The notes under the pieces: model-generated | Seen by the model: only the letters and a program-made list of their open reading frames with translations | What the model was told of the DNA's origin: nothing | Databases searched by the model: none | Source: Escherichia phage AnYang | Reading direction: 5' to 3' (one strand) | Sequence record: MK234886 | DNA length: 64,000 bases | Translations under genes and position numbers: made by a program | Part shown: positions 22,084 to 31,382 of the stretch, one piece after another | Layout: every line of letters starts with the position of its first letter | Numbering within the stretch: position 1 is the first letter of the stretch

Positions 22084-22737
22084 ATGGAACCAAAAGTAGG
22101 ATTTTCATTATCAGACCTACTTTTTGGACTTCTTGATAGAATTTTTAAAGATACTTCTTCCGGGAAAGTAGTTTTTTCCCGGGTCCTAGTCGTGGTATTA
22201 TTGTTCTTTATGGCACTGGTTTGGTATAAAGGCGAGTATATTCTAAACTTTTACAAAGAGACAACTTATGCCTCTTATACTGAAATGATTAGACAAGACC
22301 AGGACAATAGATTTAAAATTGCGGCTATCGAGCAGCTCCGAATAGTGCATTCTTCTTCAGGCGCAGACTTCACAGCAATATATTCTTTTAGACCAACCAA
22401 CATGAATTATTTTGTGGATATGGTGGCTTACGAGGGTAAATTACCGGAAACGGTAGACGCAAAAAACACGGGAGGGTTTCCAATTGACAAAACGTCAATA
22501 GAATATATGGCGGGAGTTAACGGGAACTATTTTGAATCAAGTACTGAAACTGTATTTCTTCCTACAAAGAAGAAAACACAATTCACGTATATGTTTTCGT
22601 GCCCGTTTTTTAATTTGGATAACGTCTACGCCGGCTCGATATCGTTGTACTGGTATGATATCAAACCGGATTTAGGATTTCCTAGACTTTCGTCTATGTG
22701 CGGTCAAGCCGGAAGGACATTAGGTCGAACACGTTAG
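22084..22737 (+). CDS. t: holin
   Basis: 217 aa; near-collinear with T4 holin T (single N-terminal TMD, LPTKKKTQFTYMFSCPFFNLDNVYAG). Confidence 0.9.
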   Translation: MEPKVGFSLSDLLFGLLDRIFKDTSSGKVVFSRVLVVVLLFFMALVWYKGEYILNFYKETTYASYTEMIRQDQDNRFKIAAIEQLRIVHSSSGADFTAIYSFRPTNMNYFVDMVAYEGKLPETVDAKNTGGFPIDKTSIEYMAGVNGNYFESSTETVFLPTKKKTQFTYMFSCPFFNLDNVYAGSISLYWYDIKPDLGFPRLSSMCGQAGRTLGRTR

Positions 22738-23009
22738 AAATTGGAGGTATACATCATTAAATAACGGTGTATATCTTCATACCCTTCATTAAATTGCTCA
22801 ATAAGAGTTTCACGCTCATCTTCAGTTAAAGACTTAAATAATTTGTTATAAGACAAACCATTAAGTTCCTTTCCATGTTCATTACGAATACCTAACTCAT
22901 TCAAAAAGGCAATAAACTCATCACGACGTTGCATGATGTCTTCACAATCCGTTTTAATCAAAATGGAAACAATAGTGGCAATTTCGGAAACGATTTCAAT
23001 TTTAGTCAT
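22734..23009 (-). CDS. asiA: anti-sigma70 factor AsiA
   Basis: 91 aa; IATIVSILIK...FIAFLNELG...YRYLMMYT matches T4 AsiA. Confidence 0.85.
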   Translation of the reverse strand: MTKIEIVSEIATIVSILIKTDCEDIMQRRDEFIAFLNELGIRNEHGKELNGLSYNKLFKSLTEDERETLIEQFNEGYEDIHRYLMMYTSNF

Positions 23010-23050
23010 AATATTCTCTTCAATTCAGTACGACATTATCTGATAGGGCT

Positions 23051-23079
23051 ATACTAACATATCCTTAGGGATTGTAAAC
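23051..23079 (-). promoter_or_regulatory. T4-type early promoter for asiA
   Basis: GTTTAC-N17-TAGTAT-AGCCCTATCAG on minus strand. Confidence 0.55.
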
Positions 23080-23223
23080 ATGTTCTTCGTTCTTTTTAAC
23101 ATATTCCTGATACATCTCTTCTATTGGTTCCTGGAACTTAAAATCAGCTCCCAGGAATTCCTCAAAGCACTCCTGCTCACGCGTACGCATGCCTGTTACG
23201 GTATTCTCTAAGTTATGGCTCAT
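23065..23223 (-). CDS. hypothetical small acidic protein
   Basis: Manually found 52-aa ORF MSHNLENTVTGMRTREQECFEEFLGADFKFQEPIEEMYQEYVKKNEEHVYNP. Confidence 0.3.
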   Translation of the reverse strand: MSHNLENTVTGMRTREQECFEEFLGADFKFQEPIEEMYQEYVKKNEEHVYNP

Positions 23224-23312
23224 AGCCTTTACCCTTATGTTTCTGTTTGCGATTGGACTCTTTAAAATTTTTCTTCTTGTCCTTATGGACAGAAGCCTTA
23301 TTGAAATCGTGC

Positions 23313-23594
23313 TTAGCTACCAGATTGTTCACGTAATTTCCTTAATTGATATTCAAGAGAGCTGATAATTTCTTTATTAGTTGCAATATACATATCACGT
23401 AGGAACGGCTTCAAACCTTCCATATTCCCATGGATTGTCTTAGAACTAATATTCTTTATATATTCGTGGTCTAAAGCATCCCAAGCCGGTTGGTTGACAT
23501 AAGTTCCCCAATTATCTTCCACCATAACAATCAGACGTTTAATATGGTTAATATGGGCTTCGATTGCATCAATCTGGAGTTGTTTAAGATTCAT
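23313..23594 (-). CDS. hypothetical protein (arn region)
   Basis: 93-aa ORF, start coupled to upstream stop. Confidence 0.45.
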   Translation of the reverse strand: MNLKQLQIDAIEAHINHIKRLIVMVEDNWGTYVNQPAWDALDHEYIKNISSKTIHGNMEGLKPFLRDMYIATNKEIISSLEYQLRKLREQSGS

Positions 23595-24082
23595 TAGTAA
23601 AGGTCCTCAGAGTAAAGTTCTTTTTCACTACCACCACGTTCAATACGTACTTGTCCAGCGTAAGTTGCAATAATCATTGCTTCTTCGCGAGTCCAATAGT
23701 TTGAATATTGGTCAATAAATCCTTGGTCGTCACCACAAACATGGTCCGACACAAGTTTATCACTTACCTGGTCAAGCACTTCTGCCATATCTTTAGAATA
23801 ATGACGAGCGCCAGGAATAACCAGAGTCCCACCATCTTTTAACTTAAAGCGGTTGGCTGCACACACAATCCGACGCTGATATTTTTCATTATTGTTCCAA
23901 TAGGCAATCTGCCAACAGATTTCAGGAACCTCTTCTAAAACATCCTCTTCTGTATATTCGGTGTAGTCGCCATAGGCCTGTAATTTAGCTGCTAAGCTTT
24001 CAGGCGTCTCACGAGAAAGAGCTTTATCTAACAAGGCCATACGGTCTTTAAAGGATAATTCTTTGCCTTTTAATGGATTCAT
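23594..24082 (-). CDS. hypothetical protein
   Basis: 162-aa ORF in the asiA-motA interval. Confidence 0.5.
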   Translation of the reverse strand: MNPLKGKELSFKDRMALLDKALSRETPESLAAKLQAYGDYTEYTEEDVLEEVPEICWQIAYWNNNEKYQRRIVCAANRFKLKDGGTLVIPGARHYSKDMAEVLDQVSDKLVSDHVCGDDQGFIDQYSNYWTREEAMIIATYAGQVRIERGGSEKELYSEDLY

Positions 24083-24426
24083 TTGAAAATCACCTTATGG
24101 CCGTTATCTTTAGCGAATTCTTGAATTTTAGTGGCGGTTTCAATTAAATCACCTTTATAATAGGATGATAATTTAATATCAACTGTTTGGCCTTCGCCAT
24201 ACGAAGTTATATTTACTTTTTCTATAAAAATAATCTCAAGAAATCGCAATAACTGCATACCAAATTCAAGATGAACATTATCAATCTGGAGATTAAGTTG
24301 GTAAATTTTCTTAATACCACTTACCAGAGCTACGCGCTCGTCCCAATCATTACGCTGCTCTTCAATCAATTTAAGGGAATGACCTTCACCGTCCCAGTCA
24401 AGTTCCATAGGAATCATTTGAACCAT
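24079..24426 (-). CDS. hypothetical protein
   Basis: 115-aa ORF, 4-nt overlap with neighbour. Confidence 0.5.
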   Translation of the reverse strand: MVQMIPMELDWDGEGHSLKLIEEQRNDWDERVALVSGIKKIYQLNLQIDNVHLEFGMQLLRFLEIIFIEKVNITSYGEGQTVDIKLSSYYKGDLIETATKIQEFAKDNGHKVIFK

Positions 24427-24743
24427 CCTTTAACACGCTGCCATAAAGTTTTCTGTTGAGCTTTATTAACACCAATTGAACGAATAACCGGCTGTGATTC
24501 CTGGTATTCTTTATAGTCGGCTTTATAAACTTCATAAGCGGCCGGAACAAAGGTGCTGATTGCTGCCATAAAGTTCTTACGAATTCCCATAGAAGCTTCA
24601 GAACCACCACGGATGATTAAGTATTTACCTGCTTTAATCTTAACAATAGTGCCGAGATAAGCGCCATGGTACCAAATGTCCCAACCTTCTTGAGTAGGTT
24701 CTGCACAACGACGAAGTTCATTAACAATATTCAGCTTGTTCAT
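24414..24743 (-). CDS. hypothetical protein
   Basis: 109-aa ORF. Confidence 0.5.
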   Translation of the reverse strand: MNKLNIVNELRRCAEPTQEGWDIWYHGAYLGTIVKIKAGKYLIIRGGSEASMGIRKNFMAAISTFVPAAYEVYKADYKEYQESQPVIRSIGVNKAQQKTLWQRVKGWFK

Positions 24744-24761
24744 AATAATTTCCTCAGTCAG

Positions 24762-25394
24762 TTAAATTGCGTTGGTTACGGTTTTGATAACTTCAGATGA
24801 TACGTTTTGGAAGTCGATATAAGTATTCTTACCACCAGTCTTAATCTTAACATCAAGATTCAAGGAAGTAAACACTTGTTTTTCTTTATCAGTCATATTA
24901 TAACCGAAGATGCGCATCATTCCGTCACGACGGACTTCGATTTGACGAATACCATTGGTACGTTTGGCGAATCGAACTTCAAGGTTGCTACGGTTTTCAG
25001 CAATTTCACGAATCTCGATACGGTCTTCTAATAAAGCTTTAACTTCATCAGCCAGTGTTACCATTTCAGGAGTAACACCACGTGAACTACGCGTTTTACG
25101 TTTTTCCAACATCTCTGGGGCATTTTCAGAAGCGAACAGGTCAGCAGCTTTTTGAACTAGGTCCATTGCTTCACCCGTAGCCACTAAACCATCACCAGAT
25201 TTTTCGATGAATCCTTTCTTAATCAATACACCGATGTTAGAGTTAACTACCGCAGCACTAAATTGCTCACTCAGGGCTTCACGGACTTCGCCTGAAGTGA
25301 TGAAGTTATGCTTGATGATATGTACTAAGATCGAAGCAGTTTTTTCATTCAGGACGTCTTCAGAAGCTTTGATGATATAAGTAATTTTAGACAT
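24762..25394 (-). CDS. motA: middle transcription activator MotA
   Basis: 210 aa; MSKITYIIKAS...VVNSNIGVLIKKGFIEKSGDGL matches T4 MotA. Confidence 0.85.
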   Translation of the reverse strand: MSKITYIIKASEDVLNEKTASILVHIIKHNFITSGEVREALSEQFSAAVVNSNIGVLIKKGFIEKSGDGLVATGEAMDLVQKAADLFASENAPEMLEKRKTRSSRGVTPEMVTLADEVKALLEDRIEIREIAENRSNLEVRFAKRTNGIRQIEVRRDGMMRIFGYNMTDKEKQVFTSLNLDVKIKTGGKNTYIDFQNVSSEVIKTVTNAI

Positions 25395-25467
25395 TTTAAT
25401 CTCCGATAACCATTTATTTGATAGGTCTATAATAACATTATCATAGACCTTTGTATATAATTTTTAA

Positions 25468-25707
25468 TTAAATTGCGCTTTTAACATAATCAACATAAGC
25501 TTCAACAACTTTCTTAGAAGAAATTTTAGCTTGACCACGACCATTACCAGTTTTTAAATTTTTCTTAACAACCACTTTATCTGACTTAACACCCCATACA
25601 TGGATATAAGTATCTAAATCACAATCAAAGAACATTGCATGATCGGTATTAGCGTTGTAGAAAAAAGAATTAATATTTAAGGTTTTCATTTTGTATCTCC
25701 ATTTCAC
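25468..25707 (-). CDS. hypothetical protein
   Basis: 79-aa ORF directly downstream of an early-promoter motif. Confidence 0.5.
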   Translation of the reverse strand: MKWRYKMKTLNINSFFYNANTDHAMFFDCDLDTYIHVWGVKSDKVVVKKNLKTGNGRGQAKISSKKVVEAYVDYVKSAI

Positions 25708-25727
25708 TCTGTTGTTTTGATAGGTCT

Positions 25728-25756
25728 ATAGTATCATGTTTAAAGCAGAAGTAAAC
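25728..25756 (-). promoter_or_regulatory. T4-type early promoter
   Basis: GTTTAC-N17-TACTATAGACCTATCAA; directly after the gp52 terminator. Confidence 0.6.
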
Positions 25757-25775
25757 ACTTTTTTTCACTAAACCC

Positions 25776-25797
25776 AAAAAAGGAACCCGAAGGTTCC
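25776..25797 (-). terminator. intrinsic terminator after gene 52 region
   Basis: Minus strand GGAACC-UUCG-GGUUCC followed by UUUUUU. Confidence 0.65.
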
Positions 25798-25902
25798 TTA
25801 CTTTTTAAAGTGGGCCGCTATTAAACCTATAGCTAAGCCTGTCGCCAGGCCTAGAATAACAGCAAAGATACAGAGTAACAAGAACTCGACTCCAAGGCTC
25901 AT
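25798..25902 (-). CDS. hypothetical small membrane peptide
   Basis: Manual: MSLGVEFLLLCIFAVILGLATGLAIGLIAAHFKK; ATGA overlap with gp52 stop. Confidence 0.3.
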   Translation of the reverse strand: MSLGVEFLLLCIFAVILGLATGLAIGLIAAHFKK

Positions 25903-27227
25903 AGAGCCTCCAAATCTTTAACATACTCAGTTACCACATCAGTGGTTTTCCAGTATTGGTGCTCTTCTTTCTTAGCTTTAGCTTCGAGGGCCAGTTTCTT
26001 GGCTTCATCGGATGTGATATGGAAAATGTTCATTGCAACCAGTTTATCGGCATATTCGCCATAGACTTTATTACCAGCCAATTCTTCGGTTAAAACCTTA
26101 CGAGTCTTACCTTGGATAACCACTACGCCATCAATAACATCTTTGATGAATGTAGCTTTAGCCAATGCCAGTTTAAAAGCTTCTTCGGTTTCGATGATTT
26201 TACCATCAATACGTTTCTGTACAAAGGTCTTACGGACCTCAACGAAATCACGAATCAGTTCAACTGCATCTTCGTAAACCTTAAGTTTACCTTTTTCATT
26301 AATGACGGTCAGGTTTTGTGAACGACGTTCGATTAACCCGAAGTCCTTCATGATTTTTTCGTGCTTCTTATTTTCTTCGGTAGGCAATTCGTATTCTTTA
26401 CGAATCTTAACCTTGAAGCCAAAACCGTTCTCGTCACAGTCATCATCATATGTGATATACCCTTTGTCTTCCAGAGGGTCTAATATCTTGGCCACATATG
26501 TTTCACGGTCATACTTATACGGAATTTCCGTGATATGCATTTGGGTTCGAGATGTGAACTTATACGTTCCACGAATCTCATAACTACCAGGCTCAATCTC
26601 AACAACTTCACCACGGAATTCAGGATAAGCCACTTTGGGTTTGGTTACTCGTTTTTCCTGAAGAACTTGCAATACAGCTTTCTTAACAGAATCAAAACTA
26701 TGAGGAAGAATATTAGTTGCATAACCAGTTGCAATACCGGAAACGCCATTAAGAAGAACAGTAGGAATAATAGGCAGATAAAAAGCCGGTGGCTTATGTT
26801 CGACATCCGCATGAACCGGAGCATATTCTGTGTCCTTATAAACTTTTGCAAAGTTACTTCCTATACGAGCAAAAATATAACGAGAGGCCGCAGCTTTTTG
26901 AACCAATCGGGAACCAAAGTTACCTTGACCGTCTAACAATGGATAGTTGTTGTTCCATGTGTTGGCCATCAAAGCCCCTGCTTCCTGAGCAGAACCTTCG
27001 CCGTGGTGATATCCAAGGTCGGCTACGCCGCCAGCAATAGAAGCTAGTTTGTGGAATTTTTCTTTATTACCACGAGCCATATCAAGACAACGAGCCACTA
27101 CAAAACGTTGTACAGGTTTAAAGCCATCAATCATATTTGGAATGGCTCGGTTTTCGACAGTATACATTGCATAAGCCAATGCTTCATTGTCGATAATACT
27201 TTTTAAACCACGAGATGTTAATTCCAT
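25899..27227 (-). CDS. 52: DNA topoisomerase II medium subunit gp52
   Basis: 442 aa; type II topoisomerase A-subunit-like, size and synteny as T4 gp52. Confidence 0.9.
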   Translation of the reverse strand: MELTSRGLKSIIDNEALAYAMYTVENRAIPNMIDGFKPVQRFVVARCLDMARGNKEKFHKLASIAGGVADLGYHHGEGSAQEAGALMANTWNNNYPLLDGQGNFGSRLVQKAAASRYIFARIGSNFAKVYKDTEYAPVHADVEHKPPAFYLPIIPTVLLNGVSGIATGYATNILPHSFDSVKKAVLQVLQEKRVTKPKVAYPEFRGEVVEIEPGSYEIRGTYKFTSRTQMHITEIPYKYDRETYVAKILDPLEDKGYITYDDDCDENGFGFKVKIRKEYELPTEENKKHEKIMKDFGLIERRSQNLTVINEKGKLKVYEDAVELIRDFVEVRKTFVQKRIDGKIIETEEAFKLALAKATFIKDVIDGVVVIQGKTRKVLTEELAGNKVYGEYADKLVAMNIFHITSDEAKKLALEAKAKKEEHQYWKTTDVVTEYVKDLEAL

Positions 27228-27231
27228 AATT

Positions 27232-27372
27232 TTACCATACTAGTGAATGAATAGCCATAATAACATCGGAAATAAAAAGCACAACTTGGATAAGTCCGAA
27301 CATTACTCCATAATACAGTGCTACTAATAAAGCAGCAAGGGCTAACGAGTAGCCCAAGATTTTCTTAATCAT
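27232..27372 (-). CDS. hypothetical small membrane protein (52.1 position)
   Basis: Manual 46-aa ORF MIKKILGYSLALAALLVALYYGVMFGLIQVVLFISDVIMAIHSLVW. Confidence 0.35.
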   Translation of the reverse strand: MIKKILGYSLALAALLVALYYGVMFGLIQVVLFISDVIMAIHSLVW

Positions 27373-27526
27373 TTTTAATCATCTTAAGTAAACCGACAGA
27401 AGTAGAAAGAACCCAGCCAATAAACAGAAAACTTAAGAATATCGGACCAGGGGTCCACACACCTAAAAAGAAGCAAACTGAACAGACAATAGCCATAATA
27501 AGTTCAATAAAAACTAGGATAATCAT
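27365..27526 (-). CDS. small membrane protein, Ac-like by position and size
   Basis: Manual 53-aa hydrophobic ORF with GAGG RBS; T4 ac is a ~51-aa membrane protein at this locus. Confidence 0.4.
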   Translation of the reverse strand: MIILVFIELIMAIVCSVCFFLGVWTPGPIFLSFLFIGWVLSTSVGLLKMIKND

Positions 27527-27536
27527 ATTTTCCTCA

Positions 27537-27614
27537 TTAGCGTCCGAAGACGCCTTTAGTTTTAAGATTGTTACGATAGAACTGCATCACATGTTCGTTA
27601 TGGAAATTGCTCAT
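27537..27614 (-). CDS. stp: Stp peptide
   Basis: Manual 25-aa [28 protein letters not shown] matches my recollection of the 26-aa T4 Stp; TAATG overlap with ndd stop. Confidence 0.6.
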
Positions 27615-28063
27615 TAGTACGCCTGCAGAATGAATTTAAAGTTATCAGCCAACATACGGTTCATTTCTTCTAGTGTCTGGAGGTCGGAACTATGATTACG
27701 AGTGAAAGCCATTGCAATTTGACCCTTACCAAAACCTGTAGTCAGAGGTTTCATCTTAGAAGCTGGTACATAAAGAACTTCATACACAACACCGTTCACT
27801 GCCATAGTGCGGGCTGATTGAGAACGTTTCTTACGAATGTTAGCCACGATACCATCAAGACCTTGAGCCGAACGTTGATTACCGACATAAAAACGAGCCG
27901 CTACGACACGAGAATCAGCTCCACCTTTAACAAAGAAGTAGAAGCCTGGCTGGGCAGAGATTTCTTTAGAAGGTTTACCATTTTGGTATTCACCGTTCTT
28001 AACATAAGCAACAGTAGTAGCACCAGCAGACAGAACGTTACGGCGAGTCATATAAGTATTCAT
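27614..28063 (-). CDS. ndd: nucleoid disruption protein Ndd
   Basis: 149 aa; C-terminal [43 protein letters not shown] matches T4 Ndd. Confidence 0.8.
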
Positions 28064-28140
28064 ATCAATTTCCTCAGTAGATTAATGTTTTGTTATCCAG
28101 TCAACGAGAACCATTATAACATGATTCTCGAGGTTGTAAA

Positions 28141-28509
28141 CTATTTTTGTAGCTGTTCTAAAATAAATCCGCTCGTATAAAAGGTAGCATTATAAACCTT
28201 GTTCAGCGGGTTCAAAGCACGTCCATAGGTATCACATAATTCTTTGATAACATTTTCATAACTCACATAATAGCCGCTATGATAATACGGGTCCATACTC
28301 ATACGAAATTTAATGAACCGATAAAAGCCTGTTTCCGGGTCTTGAACGAAAACGAAATCAGCACTCATCATAATTTTTGAATCTACGCCAGGAATCATAC
28401 TTTGATTGAATGCCACCGATGCATCCTGAAGGCTGAGTTGTTTAAAGAACATTACCTTAGCATTACCAAAAAAGATTTTAGACATGATAATTTCCTTATT
28501 CAGCGTCAA
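28141..28509 (-). CDS. hypothetical protein
   Basis: 122-aa ORF (start may be the internal MSKIFFGN). Confidence 0.45.
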   Translation of the reverse strand: MTLNKEIIMSKIFFGNAKVMFFKQLSLQDASVAFNQSMIPGVDSKIMMSADFVFVQDPETGFYRFIKFRMSMDPYYHSGYYVSYENVIKELCDTYGRALNPLNKVYNATFYTSGFILEQLQK

Positions 28510-28750
28510 CAGAAATAGCCATCAGTTCATCAACAGTAAGACACTGTACACTAGGGCCTACGCAAAAACGCTTAGTTGAATCATAAAGGTCTGTAGCATT
28601 TACAGGCTGTAATTCACCACCAACTTGCAAAGGAGAAATGCGAATCAGTTGTTGACCATTATGTAATACAAAGCTCTCACCAACTGCAACATCTTTAAAA
28701 AGTTTCATAATATTTTCCTCAGAAGTTAAAGAATACACGTATATGGTCAA
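28496..28750 (-). CDS. hypothetical protein
   Basis: 84-aa ORF. Confidence 0.4.
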   Translation of the reverse strand: MTIYVYSLTSEENIMKLFKDVAVGESFVLHNGQQLIRISPLQVGGELQPVNATDLYDSTKRFCVGPSVQCLTVDELMAISVDAE

Positions 28751-28855
28751 TCATAAAAACGATTGGGAAAATGCTCAATACCATTAACAACACAAACATG
28801 TTCCAAATTGCTTTAAGTAAGTTTTTCATAATCATCTCCATTAGTTGATAGGTCT

Positions 28856-28884
28856 ATAGTATCATGATTAATGGAGATGTATAC
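28856..28884 (-). promoter_or_regulatory. T4-type early promoter (variant -35 GTATAC)
   Basis: GTATAC-N17-TACTATAGACCTATCAACTAA. Confidence 0.45.
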
Positions 28885-28974
28885 TGATTTATGCCAATTT
28901 CCACAACAATAAACTAAAACATACGCAAATCACTGGGATACAGGCCAACCAAATAAGGCACCACATTTTGCTAC

Positions 28975-29241
28975 TCAAAACACCACCTCTTTTATCTCAA
29001 TCAATCCCCTGTACAATGCAGTGCGGAGGTCATAAAGAATATCTATGCCATCAACATTATCCAGTTTTCCATCAATAAGCTTTTTTAAATCTTCCTTGGA
29101 TGCGATTAAGGGACGGAGAAATTTACAATCAGACAGAGATAACTCTGTAGTAACATCATCACCTTCGCCTGACGCGTCATACATAGCGGCAACAACCATA
29201 CCTGTAACTTTGTGTTTAGCGTAATATAATTTGATATCCAT
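28975..29241 (-). CDS. hypothetical protein
   Basis: Track ORF trimmed to internal start MDIKLYYAKHK; the 20-codon extension is read-through of the promoter/RBS motif. Confidence 0.5.
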   Translation of the reverse strand: MDIKLYYAKHKVTGMVVAAMYDASGEGDDVTTELSLSDCKFLRPLIASKEDLKKLIDGKLDNVDGIDILYDLRTALYRGLIEIKEVVF

Positions 29242-29269
29242 TTTGTTCTCCTCATTAGTTGATAGGAAG

Positions 29270-29299
29270 ATAGTAACACCATCCATGGCGTATGTAAAC
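29270..29299 (-). promoter_or_regulatory. T4-type early promoter
   Basis: GTTTAC-N18-TACTATCTTCCTATCAACTAATGAGGAG. Confidence 0.55.
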
Positions 29300-29311
29300 A
29301 CTTATTTTAAA

Positions 29312-29893
29312 TTATAAGGCGAGATACCAGCCGTTGTAATTGCTCTTACGGACTAGCTTTTTGATGGCTTCTCTGTCACCAGAGAACTTAGGAGTGAACA
29401 GGATGTCGCCTGCCTCATTTACTGAAGTGTCGAATATGATTATACAGTCTGCAACTTTATGATTCAAGAGCGGTCCCAGGTTAATCCCTGTTCCATAAGG
29501 GAAGTCACCAGAGTATCCTGTAGTGCAGGAAATCCACTTAGAATCTGATTGGTGAGTCTTGACCTCTACACGTAGTCCACAATACATAGGATGGGCTAAA
29601 ACATCCCATGCATAGGTATAAGGGTCGTCATGGTCTTCTAGACCACTGTTAACGTATCCTTTCAACCAATCGGCAACCATGTACTCGGCATACGTTGCAA
29701 TGACACACCGAGTCAATACTTCTTTCTTATCTTGGGACGGGTCTTGGCTTAAGGAATACAATACGGTATCCTTAATCTTAACCTTCATTTCGCCTGTTAA
29801 ATCAGATGTCTTCAGGGTAAATGTCGGCATCGCTGCCAATCGGAGTAGTCCCGGGTTCGTCTTCACCATAAATGCCTCGAATATGAAGTTCAC
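29312..29893 (-). CDS. hypothetical protein (denB position)
   Basis: 193-aa ORF between ndd and rIIB where T4 has denB; no motif recognised. Confidence 0.4.
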   Translation of the reverse strand: MNFIFEAFMVKTNPGLLRLAAMPTFTLKTSDLTGEMKVKIKDTVLYSLSQDPSQDKKEVLTRCVIATYAEYMVADWLKGYVNSGLEDHDDPYTYAWDVLAHPMYCGLRVEVKTHQSDSKWISCTTGYSGDFPYGTGINLGPLLNHKVADCIIIFDTSVNEAGDILFTPKFSGDREAIKKLVRKSNYNGWYLAL

Positions 29894-30110
29894 CGTAATA
29901 AATTCGGTCGTCGGGTTCTAAAGTATCAGAATCAATTAAAGGAAATTCACCTTCGACCACCTCATCGCATTCTAAAAAAGCGTAATGAACATCGCCAGGG
30001 TGTTTAACGAGCTTAGCACAATAAACAGTACCTGCTTTATGGAACCCACGCAAATTAGAAATCTTGATATCACGTTCGCCGACATTTAGGTAATTAATCA
30101 TTTTACTCAC
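29802..30110 (-). CDS. hypothetical acidic protein
   Basis: 102-aa ORF. Confidence 0.4.
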   Translation of the reverse strand: MSKMINYLNVGERDIKISNLRGFHKAGTVYCAKLVKHPGDVHYAFLECDEVVEGEFPLIDSDTLEPDDRIYYGELHIRGIYGEDEPGTTPIGSDADIYPEDI

Positions 30111-30300
30111 CGAAATAAGAAATACGAACTTCTAAACAATGAGCATAAGCACCCATCGCATCCAGTTGTGCAATCAGTAACCCTTGTTGACGAACATCTA
30201 GAGTTTCAAAAACACCACCTTTAATAAAGGTTTCTAGTGCATTAATTTTAAGAACCAATTGGTCGTATTCTTCAACTACACGTGCTTGGTAACCTAACAT
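30103..30300 (-). CDS. hypothetical protein
   Basis: 65-aa ORF immediately downstream of rIIB. Confidence 0.45.
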   Translation of the reverse strand: MLGYQARVVEEYDQLVLKINALETFIKGGVFETLDVRQQGLLIAQLDAMGAYAHCLEVRISYFGE

Positions 30301-30336
30301 AATTTCCTCTTAGGAGGCCGAAGCCTCCATTTAGTT

Positions 30337-31368
30337 TTAACGTAAATCTGATTTAAACTGATCGGTAACGTCTTCCAGAACTTCATAATAACATACGCGC
30401 ATTTTAGCATCACCATAATCAACAGGAATACTAACAACATCACGTGGGTTAACTTTACACGAAACTACACGGTTGTTTGAATTACCGAATGCGCCGATAT
30501 AGCTACGAGAGCAAACGTGCAGACCACTTGAACAAGTTACTTCATCATCGTCATTTACACGAGAACGTGGCATTTTAACCGGTTTGCCTGGTGAGTTATC
30601 AAATGTACCGGTACGGCAGTCGGTGTAATCAGAGTTAACTACCTTCCACGTAATAAAGTGACCATCTTCGGTGATTTTGATATCGTTTGCAACCAGGAAG
30701 TCGAACAAACGTTGTACAGCTTTTTCGCTTGGGTTTTCTAACAGGTTTTCAAGGAAAGGCAGGTAGAATTCGAAGTCTTCACCATTTTCCATTGAAGCAA
30801 TAATACGGTCGATTAACCCTGAACGAAGTTCGATACCTTGATACATCAAGCGTCCACCTTCAATACGAACGTTGCCTTTAACAAATGCCTTAACAGCTTC
30901 TTTAATGGAAATCAGTTTAATCGCATCATCAAAACGGGATTCTTTAAGAGCCTGTACGATGGCATCAAAATGTTTGTTCTTATTAGTGGTGTTCCATACT
31001 GTACGGCCTTCAGTGATGGACACGAATTTAGAACTAGCGTTCCAAATAATTTCTGGACGAGAACCGCCAATAGTAACTTCAACAGGAACTGCACGAGGCT
31101 CGTTAGGAACCGTTACTTTGATATTTCCGGTAATAACCACTTCTGTTGGGGCATTAAGAGGTACAGTAGGTGCTTTTTTAAGAGATTCGGCCAAAGAATT
31201 AGCCACTTGAGAACGTTTAGCTTCTTCAGCATTTTTCAGGACTTTACGAATGGTATCAACCGAAACACTATACCAGTCAGCTAGTTCTTGCTGAGTATAA
31301 TTACCGGATTTATAGAGGGAAACTACTTTCTCTTGTTCAGATTTAGCCAGACACTTAATATTGTACAT
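30337..31368 (-). CDS. rIIB: rIIB membrane-associated protein
   Basis: 343 aa; position next to rIIA. Confidence 0.85.
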   Translation of the reverse strand: MYNIKCLAKSEQEKVVSLYKSGNYTQQELADWYSVSVDTIRKVLKNAEEAKRSQVANSLAESLKKAPTVPLNAPTEVVITGNIKVTVPNEPRAVPVEVTIGGSRPEIIWNASSKFVSITEGRTVWNTTNKNKHFDAIVQALKESRFDDAIKLISIKEAVKAFVKGNVRIEGGRLMYQGIELRSGLIDRIIASMENGEDFEFYLPFLENLLENPSEKAVQRLFDFLVANDIKITEDGHFITWKVVNSDYTDCRTGTFDNSPGKPVKMPRSRVNDDDEVTCSSGLHVCSRSYIGAFGNSNNRVVSCKVNPRDVVSIPVDYGDAKMRVCYYEVLEDVTDQFKSDLR

Positions 31369-31382
31369 AATATTTCCTTAGA

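Noticed and set aside
30304-30319. GGAGGCC-GAAG-CCTCC hairpin after rIIB as a terminator
   Set aside because: No U-tract; on the minus strand it is followed directly by an RBS and start codon, so more likely a translational or processing element.
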